Program-made: the position numbers and the translations under genes | Notes under the pieces: model-generated | Database searches by the model: none | Told to the model about the DNA's origin: nothing | What the model saw: only the letters and a program-made list of their open reading frames with translations | Shown: positions 1 through 10,400 of the stretch, one piece after another | Layout: each line of letters begins with the position of its first letter | Position numbering within the stretch: position 1 is the stretch's first letter | DNA from: a virus | Taxonomy: Duplodnaviria; Caudoviricetes | Length of the DNA stretch: 51,181 nucleotides | Direction: 5' to 3' (one strand) | IMG/VR virus record: IMGVR_UViG_3300035676_000010 | Coordinates: 1 to 51,181 of that record

Positions 1-19
1 CGGTGGTCGCCGTATCATT
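1..19. other. Illumina P5 adapter remnant (sequencing artefact)
   Basis: CGGTGGTCGCCGTATCATT is the exact reverse complement of AATGATACGGCGACCACCG (P5). The phage copy of this locus at the window end has different upstream bases. Confidence 0.97.
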
Positions 20-145
20 ATCCAGTCGCAGGACTGGTTCGTACGGCGAGCGCGTCCGGCGGTGATGTGGGTCGGTACGCTCATGGTCGTGTGGGACTAC
101 ATGCTCAACCCAATGATCCAGACAGTCTGGCATCTGGCTCGTCGC
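20..145 (+). repeat. Terminal direct repeat, left copy (126 nt, circular-assembly overlap)
   Basis: ATCCAGTCGCAGG...CTGGCTCGTCGC is identical to 51056-51181 and lies inside the holin CDS. Confidence 0.97.
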
Positions 146-283
146 ACCCCGGTCGAGATCGTTCCCATCGAAATCCCGACTGAGTTCTGGATGATCTGGG
201 CGACTCTGATGGGCGGTATTGCCATCCTGCGTACCATCGACAAGAAGAACGTGCTGGGCACGCCCGACACGCCGGCCAAGTAG
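20..283 (+). CDS. Holin (3TM, GTA-holin-like), 3' part; continues from 50825 across the circular junction
   Basis: In frame with the ORF starting at 50825: ...IQSQDWFVRRARPAVMWVGTLMVVWDYMLNP...IPTEFWMIWATLMGGIAILRTIDK. W..RP...W and G..R..(D/E)K pattern of the GTA_holin_3TM family; follows the endolysin. Confidence 0.8.
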   Translation: MQSQDWFVRRARPAVMWVGTLMVVWDYMLNPMIQTVWHLARRTPVEIVPIEIPTEFWMIWATLMGGIAILRTIDKKNVLGTPDTPAK

Positions 284-292
284 GAGACAGTC

Positions 293-1957
293 ATGTCGCG
301 CTGGATATCACTAAACCGCATTTATCAGGGATACGAACCCTTTCTAAATCCGGCCGCGGCAGGACTTCTCAATGCGGAGGGGACCTGCATGCACGTGGGT
401 TCCCTGCGCAAGCGGTATGGGTTTACGGCGCTTGGTACGACCAAGGGTAGCGCTATAACCGCGCTGCCCGTGGGCGTGTTCACCGGCGGATTCTCTCTCA
501 ACAGAGCAGGTGCTGACTTCATCGAAGTCTACAACAGCGGAACTACGCTGTGGACAGATGCCAAACCAGCTTCGACTACGCTTGCTAATTCACGCTGGGC
601 TTGGACGTCTATCGGCGCTGCGAACGGAACTGGAACCGAAAGCGCGCTCTATGCGACGCCCGGATATACATTTACGGACGGGGCATCCACGGGCGGGATC
701 ATAAAGCAGACTGCATCTACGGGAGGATTCGCACTTATCAACGCGAGTCCGGGTGCGCGTGCGCTTGCTGGATATGCGGGACGCGTCTTCGCGCTGGGCG
801 TATATGACGAGACGAACCAATATTATCCTACGCGTATCAAAGCAACGCCGGTTGCTGCACCGGACGATTGGGAGAACTTCGGGGCGGGAGCGGTCGAGGA
901 AGACCTGTTTGACGATGGGTATCCTATCCTCGCTGCACGTCAGATCGCGTCACGGCTGTTCATCTTCCGTGGTGATCTCACGGGCGGATCTATCGCCATC
1001 TGCACCGCGACGGACAGCACCGCATTTCCGTTGATGTTTGAATTCAGCTACGGTATCACGCTTCTGTCGGCGCGCACCCTTGTTCGCATCTCCCGCGACA
1101 TGTATGCCTTCCTCGGTCACGACAACTTCTACCTCATCGACTCCACACAGATCATTCCGATTGGCGATGCTGTCGTGCGTAAAGCACTTGCAGAGATGAA
1201 TCCCGACAACATTATCAATGCCCTTGGCTACTATATTCCAGGGGAAAATGATGTTGTGTTCTGCGTGCCTACGGGAACTAATACGGGTTACACGTACACC
1301 TACAATCTTCGCACGCAGAAGTGGTCGGGTCCTGACAACGTGGTTCGCGGTGGAGGCGCTATCCTTTGCGCTAACACTTACCGCCGTACGGGTGCCGCGA
1401 CGGTTCCTACGGCTGGTAAGTTGTGGAGCGATTCGGCATTCACCAACATGCAATGGGGATCTAACGCTAATACATGGCAGAGCTATGAGGAGACAGGCGG
1501 ACTTCCGGGACTAGGATCTGGTCCTGCGTTGAACGTGTTGGGACTCAGCAGCGGACTTGTTGTGTATACGGATTCTAATATTACATCAGATAACGGCTCT
1601 GCTATTGCGACCACCATCGAGACAGGCGTCTACGATTTTGCTGGAGAACAGTTCGAGACTGGTATCGCAGAGGCCGTTGACCACAAGTCTGTTGATGGAA
1701 TCTACATGCGCTGGTGGTCGAATGGTGCGTGGTCGCCCACGATCTATATCTCCCGCGACGGCGGTGCGTCGTGGGAAAACATCAGCTTTCCTTCGATTAC
1801 TGGATCGGAAAACTACTATAGCGAGAAGTACATTACCTTCGCGGCTAAGGTCGGGCGTGAGTTCCGCGTCAAGCTAACTCACAGCAGCGCCACGTCTCGT
1901 TTCGCCATCGCAGAGATCGGGCTCAAGGTCGCTCTTGCGAATAAGGCTCGCGTGTGA
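293..1957 (+). CDS. Tail/DNA-stabilisation protein (P22 gp10 / tail tubular B-like)
   Basis: 554 aa, beta-rich. GSLRKRYG near the N-terminus, FLGHDNFYL..IIPIGDAV, YNLRTQKWS and C-terminal ISRDGGASW..GREFRVKL patterns; precedes ejection-type genes. Confidence 0.7.
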   Translation: MSRWISLNRIYQGYEPFLNPAAAGLLNAEGTCMHVGSLRKRYGFTALGTTKGSAITALPVGVFTGGFSLNRAGADFIEVYNSGTTLWTDAKPASTTLANSRWAWTSIGAANGTGTESALYATPGYTFTDGASTGGIIKQTASTGGFALINASPGARALAGYAGRVFALGVYDETNQYYPTRIKATPVAAPDDWENFGAGAVEEDLFDDGYPILAARQIASRLFIFRGDLTGGSIAICTATDSTAFPLMFEFSYGITLLSARTLVRISRDMYAFLGHDNFYLIDSTQIIPIGDAVVRKALAEMNPDNIINALGYYIPGENDVVFCVPTGTNTGYTYTYNLRTQKWSGPDNVVRGGGAILCANTYRRTGAATVPTAGKLWSDSAFTNMQWGSNANTWQSYEETGGLPGLGSGPALNVLGLSSGLVVYTDSNITSDNGSAIATTIETGVYDFAGEQFETGIAEAVDHKSVDGIYMRWWSNGAWSPTIYISRDGGASWENISFPSITGSENYYSEKYITFAAKVGREFRVKLTHSSATSRFAIAEIGLKVALANKARV

Positions 1958-1963
1958 GGGGTT

Positions 1964-2464
1964 ATGGTAGTCATTAGGGAAATGGAGTTCACTGAGGAAA
2001 GCGTCGGACGTTTCAGAAATTGGGTGCTTAGTCATCTCGACAGGTATGACGATGCCGTACGGGCAGATCCCGATAAATGGATTGCGGATACCTTCAATAA
2101 TAAGGATATCATGTTCTTTGAAGGATTTGATCCCGACAAAGATCCAGAGTTCAAAGACCCAATTGGATGCACGTACGTCATGCGTAACTACTTGATAATG
2201 GTTCATCTGCTTGTATATAAGCCTATCGCATTCGTTAAAAACTTCCTGTACTTTATTGATGCCCTTCGCCCGTTGGTCGATAATAAATACAACGGAGAAA
2301 CGTATTTCTTCCCTGTGATGTCGTATAATCCTAGCGCAGAGCCCTTGATCCGCGCCGTGTGCCCGTACTTCATCACGCATGAGGCCGCAACGCTATACGA
2401 GGGCAAAGCAGCCGCCATGAGGCTCTACGTCGGGCGGTTGGCCTTCAGACCGGAGGAGGCGTAG
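1964..2464 (+). CDS. Hypothetical protein (position typical of GNAT-like/P22 gp14-like assembly factor)
   Basis: 166 aa with a GAGG RBS, locally AT-richer. Function inferred from synteny only. Confidence 0.45.
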   Translation: MVVIREMEFTEESVGRFRNWVLSHLDRYDDAVRADPDKWIADTFNNKDIMFFEGFDPDKDPEFKDPIGCTYVMRNYLIMVHLLVYKPIAFVKNFLYFIDALRPLVDNKYNGETYFFPVMSYNPSAEPLIRAVCPYFITHEAATLYEGKAAAMRLYVGRLAFRPEEA

Positions 2465-2466
2465 GC

Positions 2467-3294
2467 ATGGCTACTACCGCTGCATGGGTCGTCCCAGCCG
2501 TTGCTAGCGTCGTTGGTGGGTGGCTCGCCAGCCGTAACAAGGGCGGGCAGCAACAGGCAGCCCAAATCCCAATGGTGTATAGGCGTCTGCTCCGCCAGCA
2601 ACTCGGCATGCTGGGCGACTTGCAGACCGGGATTCGGGGCATGTTTGCAAATCCTCCGACGCCTGACTTCCCGCTCACCGTGGATGCCTCTCCGTTGGAA
2701 GGCAGCGTGTTCGGCAATACGCGTACCGTCTCAGACGTCAATTACTTCACGGACGCGTTGAAGCGCCTTGCGTCCACGGAGGCGTCAGCGGACGTGCTCA
2801 AGAACTTCGATGAGATCACACGCTACGACATCAACGCTGCGACCGCGGACGTCATGACGCGCGCAGGGGCCAGCGGCAGCGTGGGGTCCAGCGCCAACCG
2901 ACAGATCGCTGACGTCGCTGGCCGGACACGCCTCGCCGGTGCGGAGAAGAAAGCAGGCTACGAACTTGCCACGCAGCAGGTACAGCAGGGAGCGGCGACC
3001 GCAGGATTGCAGTTCGCGCCTGCGGCGTTGTCCATGCTCGCAGCCATTGGCGGTGCGCAGCGCGGCATCGAGGAAGGCAACATCGCTCGCCAGATGCAGA
3101 TGTTCCAGACGCTTCAAGTCGAACTTCCTCTGCGGCTGCTCGGATTGATGAATCCCGGTTCTGTCGGTCAGGCTCCCGGTGGATTCATGACGACATCGCC
3201 CAACACCTCGCAGGGGATTGGCGGCGGACTGCTTGCTGCTGCGCCTTTCCTGTCGAACATCGGATCGAAGAGTTCCCCGACCAAAACCGCTTAG
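2467..3294 (+). CDS. Putative DNA ejection (pilot) protein, P22 gp7-like
   Basis: 275 aa rich in Gly/Ala/Gln with a hydrophobic N-terminus (AVASVVGGWLAS); GGAGG RBS; follows the gp10-like gene. Confidence 0.6.
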   Translation: MATTAAWVVPAVASVVGGWLASRNKGGQQQAAQIPMVYRRLLRQQLGMLGDLQTGIRGMFANPPTPDFPLTVDASPLEGSVFGNTRTVSDVNYFTDALKRLASTEASADVLKNFDEITRYDINAATADVMTRAGASGSVGSSANRQIADVAGRTRLAGAEKKAGYELATQQVQQGAATAGLQFAPAALSMLAAIGGAQRGIEEGNIARQMQMFQTLQVELPLRLLGLMNPGSVGQAPGGFMTTSPNTSQGIGGGLLAAAPFLSNIGSKSSPTKTA

Positions 3295-3304
3295 GAGCGC
3301 GCCC

Positions 3305-4807
3305 ATGAGCATCTACGATGGAGTAGGCGCTTACTTCGACATGATCCAACGGCAGGCTGCGATGAACTGGCAGGTCGTCCGCGACATGCAGGATCAGCGC
3401 TGGCGTGAGGCGCAGACGCTCAAGGCCGATCAGGAACAGGCGGCCAATGCGTACTCCGAAATGGCGAAGTTCATCATGCAGTTCGCGCCGCAGGATCAGG
3501 AAGATATCGTAGCCAAGTTCAATCAGGCGCACGCTGGTGATATCGAAGCGGGTTACATTCCTGCGCTGCAAACTTCTCCGTGGACAGAAACGACGGCAGC
3601 GAGAACGATCCCGATGTACAAGAAGGATGAGGCGGGCAACCTGACGCCTTTCTCCTCTGCGGACTGGAGCGTCGTACTGGCCGGCAACGAGAGAGTTCCG
3701 GTCGGTCAGTTGGAGACGCTGGCGAAGGCTGTCGTACCGGGCAGCATGCGTATGACGCCAGAGGAAGTGCAGAAGTACGAAGTCGGGACCGCGTATTCGA
3801 CAGGCGCAGAGACGTTGAGTAAGAAGCCTGCGAACGCTGCGGAAACCATCAAAGCAGGCAGCGCCGTCGAAAGCGCATCCAAGGTTGGCGTTGCGGCCAA
3901 CACCTTCGGCATGTCCGCGAATCCGAACGACTTCGCTTCGGCGTTCACGAACATCGGCAATGCCGTCGTCAACATCGAGCGGTTGATCGAAGTGACGCGC
4001 AGCTACATGAATGACCCGTCTGAGCAGTCCTTCTTGGTGCTGGAGCAGACGCTAGGGTCTGCCATCAACCAAGCCTTGCAGACTGCTGCGGCCACAGCGG
4101 GCACGTCTCCCGGCACGTCGGACATTCTGGCACGCTGGGCCAAGTCGTCAGGCGATGCGCTTCTCCTGCTTCAGCAGAACCGTACCAGCCGCATCTTCAC
4201 TATGAATATGGTGAGTGGCATGACTCCCGCAATGCACTCGCTCGTCGCGCAGCTTGGATTGCAGCGTGACGTGACCGCAAACGCGGTCGAGCGTTCTGTG
4301 GGGGCAGGGCTTATTCGGCCTGAAGACGCGGGCAGTCTGCGACAGATGGCGCAGACGCCTGTGGCGATCAACGAATCTGCTGCCAAGGAATCCAAGCAGT
4401 TCTCTGTCGGAGAGGAGATTCTTCCTGCACGGGCGACGATTGCGCCGACGGCTATTCCGCCCGGTAGGAACAACGAAGACCTCATGTCGTCCATCGACAG
4501 AATGGTCAAGCGGCTAGGTCCTACGGTCGGCAAGATCCAACAGGAACTCGACGCCGACCCGGAAAGCGAATTCGCTCAGATCCTGCGGCGGCATGGCGTG
4601 GACCCTGCGCGCTCGGAAACGCTCGGTCTGTTCCTCGCGGGTATTGGTGGAGCCAAGAGCACTTCCTTCTACGAAGAGATCATCAAGTCGAAGAACAAGC
4701 TATCCACGCAGCAGTACCGTTATCTGATGACGATCTACGGCGCAGCCGCTTCTGACAGCGGAATCATCCCCAACAGCAGACGCATTCCGGGCGTTCCGTT
4801 CGGGTAG
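3305..4807 (+). CDS. Putative internal virion/ejection protein
   Basis: Start moved to ATG 3305 (AGGAG RBS); 500 aa, helical and Ala/Gln-rich; synteny. Confidence 0.55.
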   Translation: MSIYDGVGAYFDMIQRQAAMNWQVVRDMQDQRWREAQTLKADQEQAANAYSEMAKFIMQFAPQDQEDIVAKFNQAHAGDIEAGYIPALQTSPWTETTAARTIPMYKKDEAGNLTPFSSADWSVVLAGNERVPVGQLETLAKAVVPGSMRMTPEEVQKYEVGTAYSTGAETLSKKPANAAETIKAGSAVESASKVGVAANTFGMSANPNDFASAFTNIGNAVVNIERLIEVTRSYMNDPSEQSFLVLEQTLGSAINQALQTAAATAGTSPGTSDILARWAKSSGDALLLLQQNRTSRIFTMNMVSGMTPAMHSLVAQLGLQRDVTANAVERSVGAGLIRPEDAGSLRQMAQTPVAINESAAKESKQFSVGEEILPARATIAPTAIPPGRNNEDLMSSIDRMVKRLGPTVGKIQQELDADPESEFAQILRRHGVDPARSETLGLFLAGIGGAKSTSFYEEIIKSKNKLSTQQYRYLMTIYGAAASDSGIIPNSRRIPGVPFG

Positions 4808-4817
4808 GAGTACAGCC

Positions 4818-7454
4818 ATGCCGTCTCCCACGTTGCGCTCCCCTTCCGCTGGAATGCCAGGACTAGGACAGACACAGCAGCCCAACCCGTTCATCTACGG
4901 TATCGGTTCCGGTCAGATGACGACGCTGGCACTTGGGCAGATGCTCGGCACCGATGATCCCGACTTGCTCCGCGGATTCATCAACGGAATCTCTCAGCGT
5001 TACGCGCTGGAGAACTTCGATAGCGAACTGCTGCGCAACCTCAATGCGCAGGATGCGTTGTCTGCCTATGACGCTGCGACGGGTGAGTATGTAAAGATGG
5101 ACCCCATGCAAGCGCAGCGGATCGCGCAGGGCTGGGATGTGCATGACGACGTGCAGCAGCAGTTGACAAAGGAGATGGTCTACGGTGGTGTCGTCGGAAC
5201 CAACATCGGTCTGTGGAGATCGTTGATCGACATGCCTGTCGGCTTCCATGAACTGTTCTTTGGTGAAGACGACGCGGGCACGTTCATGCGCTGGTTGTAT
5301 GAGCAGCGTGCTGCATCCGCGCCGACGCTGGAAGCAGAGGGGATCACAGGCGCGAAGGCAGGTTTCATCATGGGTAACATCGCAACGTTGGGATTCGCAG
5401 AGTTGCGCGCGGCACAGGGGATCACTAGGCTCGGCAAGATCATCCCTGCGACCAACAGGATCTTGAAGACGGGCAAGTTCCTCCTCGGCGGAGGCGGCGG
5501 GCTCAGTCAGCGTCTTGCCGTCGCGGGAATGACGGGGACGATGGAAGCGCTGTTCCAGCCATCGACGATGCCCAGCCCGACAGGAATGTTTGGCGAGCAG
5601 GGAGAACCGGGCTGGAGCCGGTCGAAGCTATTCGCGTTGGGCGCGGTCGGCGGACTGATCGGCGGGGTTCCACAGGCCAATCAGCTTGCCAAGCAGCAGC
5701 GACTCTTGCAGGACGCACTCACGACGCTGACGGATGCCAAGACGCTTGGTGGACGGAATGCCGCCCGTGAGATCCGCGTGTTCTATGACGACCTGACGGA
5801 CTACGCGCTCCGTCTCGCGCGCATCAGCAACAAGCCGGAAGTCGCAGATGCCGCACGGCGCATCAGCGAAACGCTAGGTGAGGAAGGCAAGCAGTTCAGC
5901 GCCGCGTTGGTGAGCGATGATCTTGTGTCGAACTTCGCTAAGATCGTCGGCGGCGCGGGAGGCATGCGCATCCGCCAGTCGGCTGCGGTGAAGCGCGCAA
6001 CGCAGGAGATTGACAGCGTAGTTGGCAAGCTCAACGACTTGCTGACGCTGAAGGACACGCCGGAAGCGGCTACTATGCTGCTGAAGGCCAAGGTCGCCAA
6101 GGAGCTTCTGGTCAATGGCGGACGGCGTTCCAGCGACATTGGCGAGAAGCTGTTCCGCTCGACGCGCGCCTACGTCAGAGAGCATTTCACGGATGACTTC
6201 ATCCCGCTGATCGAGTTCGATGAGCGCAAGCTGGTCGGCGCGCCCGCACACGTCAAGCTCATGGTCGATGACGGGATGAAGATGCTGGACGAGGCCGCGG
6301 AGCGGATCAAAGCCGACGCGGGCGAGAACGTGCTGGAAGAGGCCAAGCTGTTCCTGCGTTCTGCTGTCGGTGGATCGGCTAGCGATGCCTACGCTGCCTA
6401 CATGCGAGCGCATGAACTCGTCGGTCGTGCAACGGGTAATCCGATGCGGGTTGACCTGAGTGCGATAGATGAGCCGCTCGTCCGCACAGCGGCTGGGCTG
6501 CTGGAGTTTCTCAAGCGTACCTCGCAGAAAGCAGGAACGGACGCTGTTGTCCAGCAGCCTATCGCCATTCTCCGTACACAGATCGAAGCGCTTGCTTACA
6601 TGGCAAAGCAGGGATCGCTCGATGCCGCAGAGGAATTGGCGAAGATCCTCGACATGTTCGCGGGCGCTGCACGGGGAAAGAATCTCAACTTGAAGCTGCT
6701 AGCAGGTGAAGTCTCCGCGCGCGACATCAACATGATGCACGGCATCATGGCGGACGACAAGCTGGTGTTTCATAGTCCGGTGTTCCGTAGTGCGGGGGAT
6801 CTCGCCAATGCATCGTCGGTCGGCACGATCATCTCTACGCTGGAAGACGCCATCGACGGCATCGCTCTGAACAAGAACCAGCAGAAGTTGCTGGACGCGT
6901 TGTACAAGCGGTTGGGTACGGACTCTCCCGCTGCGGCCTTGGAGCAGATGCAGGGTTACGTCAGGGGAAGCGTCACGCGGCTACAGAGCGAGTTGGCGGA
7001 CAACAGTCTCCGCTGGAAAGCAGGACTCGCTGAACACAAGGCGCAGCTTGCCGTCGCCGCAGAGGAGAAGCGTGTGGCCGCAGAGACAGCGAAGGCTGAG
7101 AAGGCCGCGAAGCGCGCGGCGAAGGGCAAGCCGCCGAAGGGTGCTGGTGGCGACAAATTCTCCTATATCGACAAGCAGGGCAACCCGTACGACGCTGCTG
7201 ATACGGTCATGAAGGCGGAGCTTGGCGAAGCTACGACGGACTACGTGGAGTTCCGCATGTTCCTGGCGAAGATGAAGAAGGCTGACGTGCCGCAGACCGA
7301 AGCGGCATTGCGCAAAATGATCGAAGAGTTCCGCGCGTCTCGCGTGAAGAAGCCGGGTGTTGTGAAGGGCGCTGTCAACAAGGTCAAAGAGAATATCAAA
7401 GGTAAAGTGAAGGCGGAAGTCGCTGCGCTGAACACGCCGGAGGGTACGCCGTGA
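4818..7454 (+). CDS. Putative internal virion/ejection protein
   Basis: 878 aa helical protein with Gly/Ala hydrophobic segments and a Lys-rich C-terminus; AGGAG RBS. Confidence 0.55.
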   Translation: MPSPTLRSPSAGMPGLGQTQQPNPFIYGIGSGQMTTLALGQMLGTDDPDLLRGFINGISQRYALENFDSELLRNLNAQDALSAYDAATGEYVKMDPMQAQRIAQGWDVHDDVQQQLTKEMVYGGVVGTNIGLWRSLIDMPVGFHELFFGEDDAGTFMRWLYEQRAASAPTLEAEGITGAKAGFIMGNIATLGFAELRAAQGITRLGKIIPATNRILKTGKFLLGGGGGLSQRLAVAGMTGTMEALFQPSTMPSPTGMFGEQGEPGWSRSKLFALGAVGGLIGGVPQANQLAKQQRLLQDALTTLTDAKTLGGRNAAREIRVFYDDLTDYALRLARISNKPEVADAARRISETLGEEGKQFSAALVSDDLVSNFAKIVGGAGGMRIRQSAAVKRATQEIDSVVGKLNDLLTLKDTPEAATMLLKAKVAKELLVNGGRRSSDIGEKLFRSTRAYVREHFTDDFIPLIEFDERKLVGAPAHVKLMVDDGMKMLDEAAERIKADAGENVLEEAKLFLRSAVGGSASDAYAAYMRAHELVGRATGNPMRVDLSAIDEPLVRTAAGLLEFLKRTSQKAGTDAVVQQPIAILRTQIEALAYMAKQGSLDAAEELAKILDMFAGAARGKNLNLKLLAGEVSARDINMMHGIMADDKLVFHSPVFRSAGDLANASSVGTIISTLEDAIDGIALNKNQQKLLDALYKRLGTDSPAAALEQMQGYVRGSVTRLQSELADNSLRWKAGLAEHKAQLAVAAEEKRVAAETAKAEKAAKRAAKGKPPKGAGGDKFSYIDKQGNPYDAADTVMKAELGEATTDYVEFRMFLAKMKKADVPQTEAALRKMIEEFRASRVKKPGVVKGAVNKVKENIKGKVKAEVAALNTPEGTP

Positions 7455-10400
7455 GACTTCTTCTTGGATCTGAAGTCCTAGAGCCGCTTGTCAAGGGCGC
7501 GATGGAGATTTGGGAGAATCCTAGCGTGCGGTCGGCGTTGACGTCCGAGTTGATGAGCACGACTACCGTGCCGCGTAACGAGTTGGCGGATCTTGCGGAG
7601 CGTGCTGTTGGTAACGCGGACATGTTCGACTCACTGCGCGTGTTCGATGTCGCCATTCGCCATGAAGAGAAGCTCAACTTCTTCCGCGCAGGCGTCATTC
7701 CCAAAGAGCTTTCCGATATCGCCATCGACGCGGCACGGTCGCCTATCGCCAGTCATGCCGCGAACGGCATCCCCATCTCGCAGACCGTCCGTGTACTGGA
7801 GGCGGGGCGCGCTGCCGCTGCCGGTCAGCGGGCGCGGTTGGAACTGGAGATGGACAAAGTAACCCGTCCGATCTTTGAACAGTACGCACCCCGGTTGGAG
7901 CCCGCAGTCAAACGCAGGGACGACGCGCTGAACGCTTGGAACGCTATCGTACCGGAACTGTACAAGGTTCCGTACACGATTGACCAGACGTTCATCAGCA
8001 ATGTCGTGACGTCCTTTCGTCGTGCGGAGAATGAGTACCAGCGTGCTGTCACCGCTGTCGATGAGATCGTCAAAGACAGAGCGCGCGTGCTGACCGAAGC
8101 GCGACGGCCCTTCATGCTTCCAATGGCGCAGTACAGGGCCGCAGAGGCTGATATCACAGCGCGACTGAACACGCTGTCGAAGCGCGCGATGAGCGAGGAC
8201 GTGTTGCGCGCGGAGCGGGAACACAAGCGCGCGTCGGCTGAGTACATGAAGCAGTTTGAAGGCTGGGAAGTTGGAAGCAAGCTACGCCCGCTCGCGTATG
8301 ACGAGAAGCCCGGTCGGCTGCTGTCGTACGATGCCATGTCGGATGCCGAACGGCTCCAGACATTGCATGAGTTCCGCGTGTTCGCTGGCGATCCGAATGT
8401 GACCAACTTTGCTGCGGCCATGCAGCACGACAAGTTCGGTGAGTATCTGCTGCTGGAGGGATTCGAGGGCGTCGCGCTCAAGGACAACCGGGGCAAGACG
8501 CTACGTTGGTCGCTGGATCTGACGCGCGGCGGGCCATTCAAGGTTCCGTCTGACAGCGCGGCAGCTAACTACTTCCATGAGATCACGCGCTGGTCGGCAC
8601 GGCCCAATCTGTCGGCTACGGACATTCGCTTCGATACCGCGCACAAGTTCATCCGCACCTACGATGGCATGTTGCAGATCCGGCGACTGGCCGTGACAGG
8701 CAGCGACCCACAGCGGTTGGGCGAACTGCTGAGTCAAGTCCTGCCAGAAGCTAAGGACAACGGACGTCTCGTCAGCGCAATGAACGAGACGCTGGACATG
8801 CTGGACTCACAAGGGCTGCTCCGCGGCTATGAGACGCATCCTTCTCTCGTCATGTGGAATCAGATGCGCGCCTCCGAGGAGTCTACACAGACTATCGCAG
8901 GCATCGTCATGGCGAACATGGATGCTCCCGGTGCGGGGCTGGTGAAGCGCGGTGCTGCGGAGATGGACTCGACGTTCTCTGCGGATCTGTATGAGTTGAT
9001 GGCAACACGTTCCGGGTTGACGCATGCGGATCGCCCGGAGGTCGCTGCGGCCATTGACGAGATCAGCGATCCATCACTCTATCGGAGTCCCGCTGTGGCA
9101 AAGGGACTGAGCGTGGTTCCTGATGCTGCGGTGTTGATGGACCCTGAACTGGCAGCAGCACGCGGCTTTGAGATTCCTTGGGGTGGCGTAGTCGATCTGG
9201 CGCACGACAGTCCTGACGACGTATCACGGCTGATGGCAAGGAACATGGTCGAAGGCATGCTGGGCGGTGACGTCACGTGGGATGAGCCGCGAGAAGTCGT
9301 CGTCAAGAAGCTGGCTGACGTGACCAAACGGTTGCGAATCAAGGCCCATGACCAGAAGGAAGCCGTCAACAAGCTGACGCGGTATGCGCCCGTGTACGGA
9401 CGACATGTCGTTCGCAGCGTGACGTATCTTGAGCAGCAGATACAGGACTTGGGTCTTGTGATGCATGCGTTTCTGCGCGACATCACGGTAGATAGACCGG
9501 AATTCAAGAAGAACATGGCGAAAGTTCTTGGTGGTAGACTCAGCAAGCGTGGTGCTGTTGAAGAAGCTGTTGGCGCGATCAAGCGTATTGGTGAGAGTCC
9601 CGATCAATCGCATTGGTACGATATGTGGGCGACCGTCAAGAACGTGATTCGCGCTCGGCAGGAGAAGCTATCGGCACTACGGGACAAGCTCATCGACGAG
9701 CACATGGTCGGTGTTGACGAGCTTATCCGGGCGGATCTCGCCAAGGAGTCGAAGAAGACCTTGGCGTCCGGGATCGAAGTGCAGACCGTCACATCGCTTG
9801 CGGGACGCATCCGCAAAGCAGAGGCGGAGGCTGCAAAGGGCGGTGCGACGCCCCGATTGCTGACCTCTGCACAGCTTGACATGTACGAGCAGTCCATCGT
9901 CGATGGGCTGGATGATTCTATCCGGCTGGAGGATGCCATCGACCGCGCCTTCACAGGTGGCGGCACGACGCGCATGACGATCACGGAAGCGGATAAGATT
10001 GCAGTCGGCGGGACCGGAACCAAGAGCTATCTCAGCACGATCATGGACGACTTGGGCGCAATGGGGTATGAAGCAGAGATCATCCCTATCGGCGCGCCGC
10101 TCGACGATGCGACTGCGTATCGGATGCTGGAGGATATCTCCTCTCTGAAGGGCAGACACATCGAGGGTGGTGGAAAGAGTAGCCCTTCGATCTTCCATCA
10201 GCTATTCACGACTCCTACGGGAAGCCGCATCTCCTTCACACAGGCATTTGGCAAGGGAGCCAAGCGGTCAAAGGAGTGGGACACGGGGACGGCCTACGCT
10301 ATCAAGGGCAAGAGTGCGGGCGAAGCGTTCATGAATGCGCTCGATCCGCGCGTGCGCTCCGTCTTCTTTGAGACGCCACGGCCCAGCAACATCCGGCATG

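Noticed and set aside
1-19. Unique 19 nt before the terminal repeat as an att site or host junction
   Set aside because: Exact reverse complement of the Illumina P5 adapter; a sequencing artefact.
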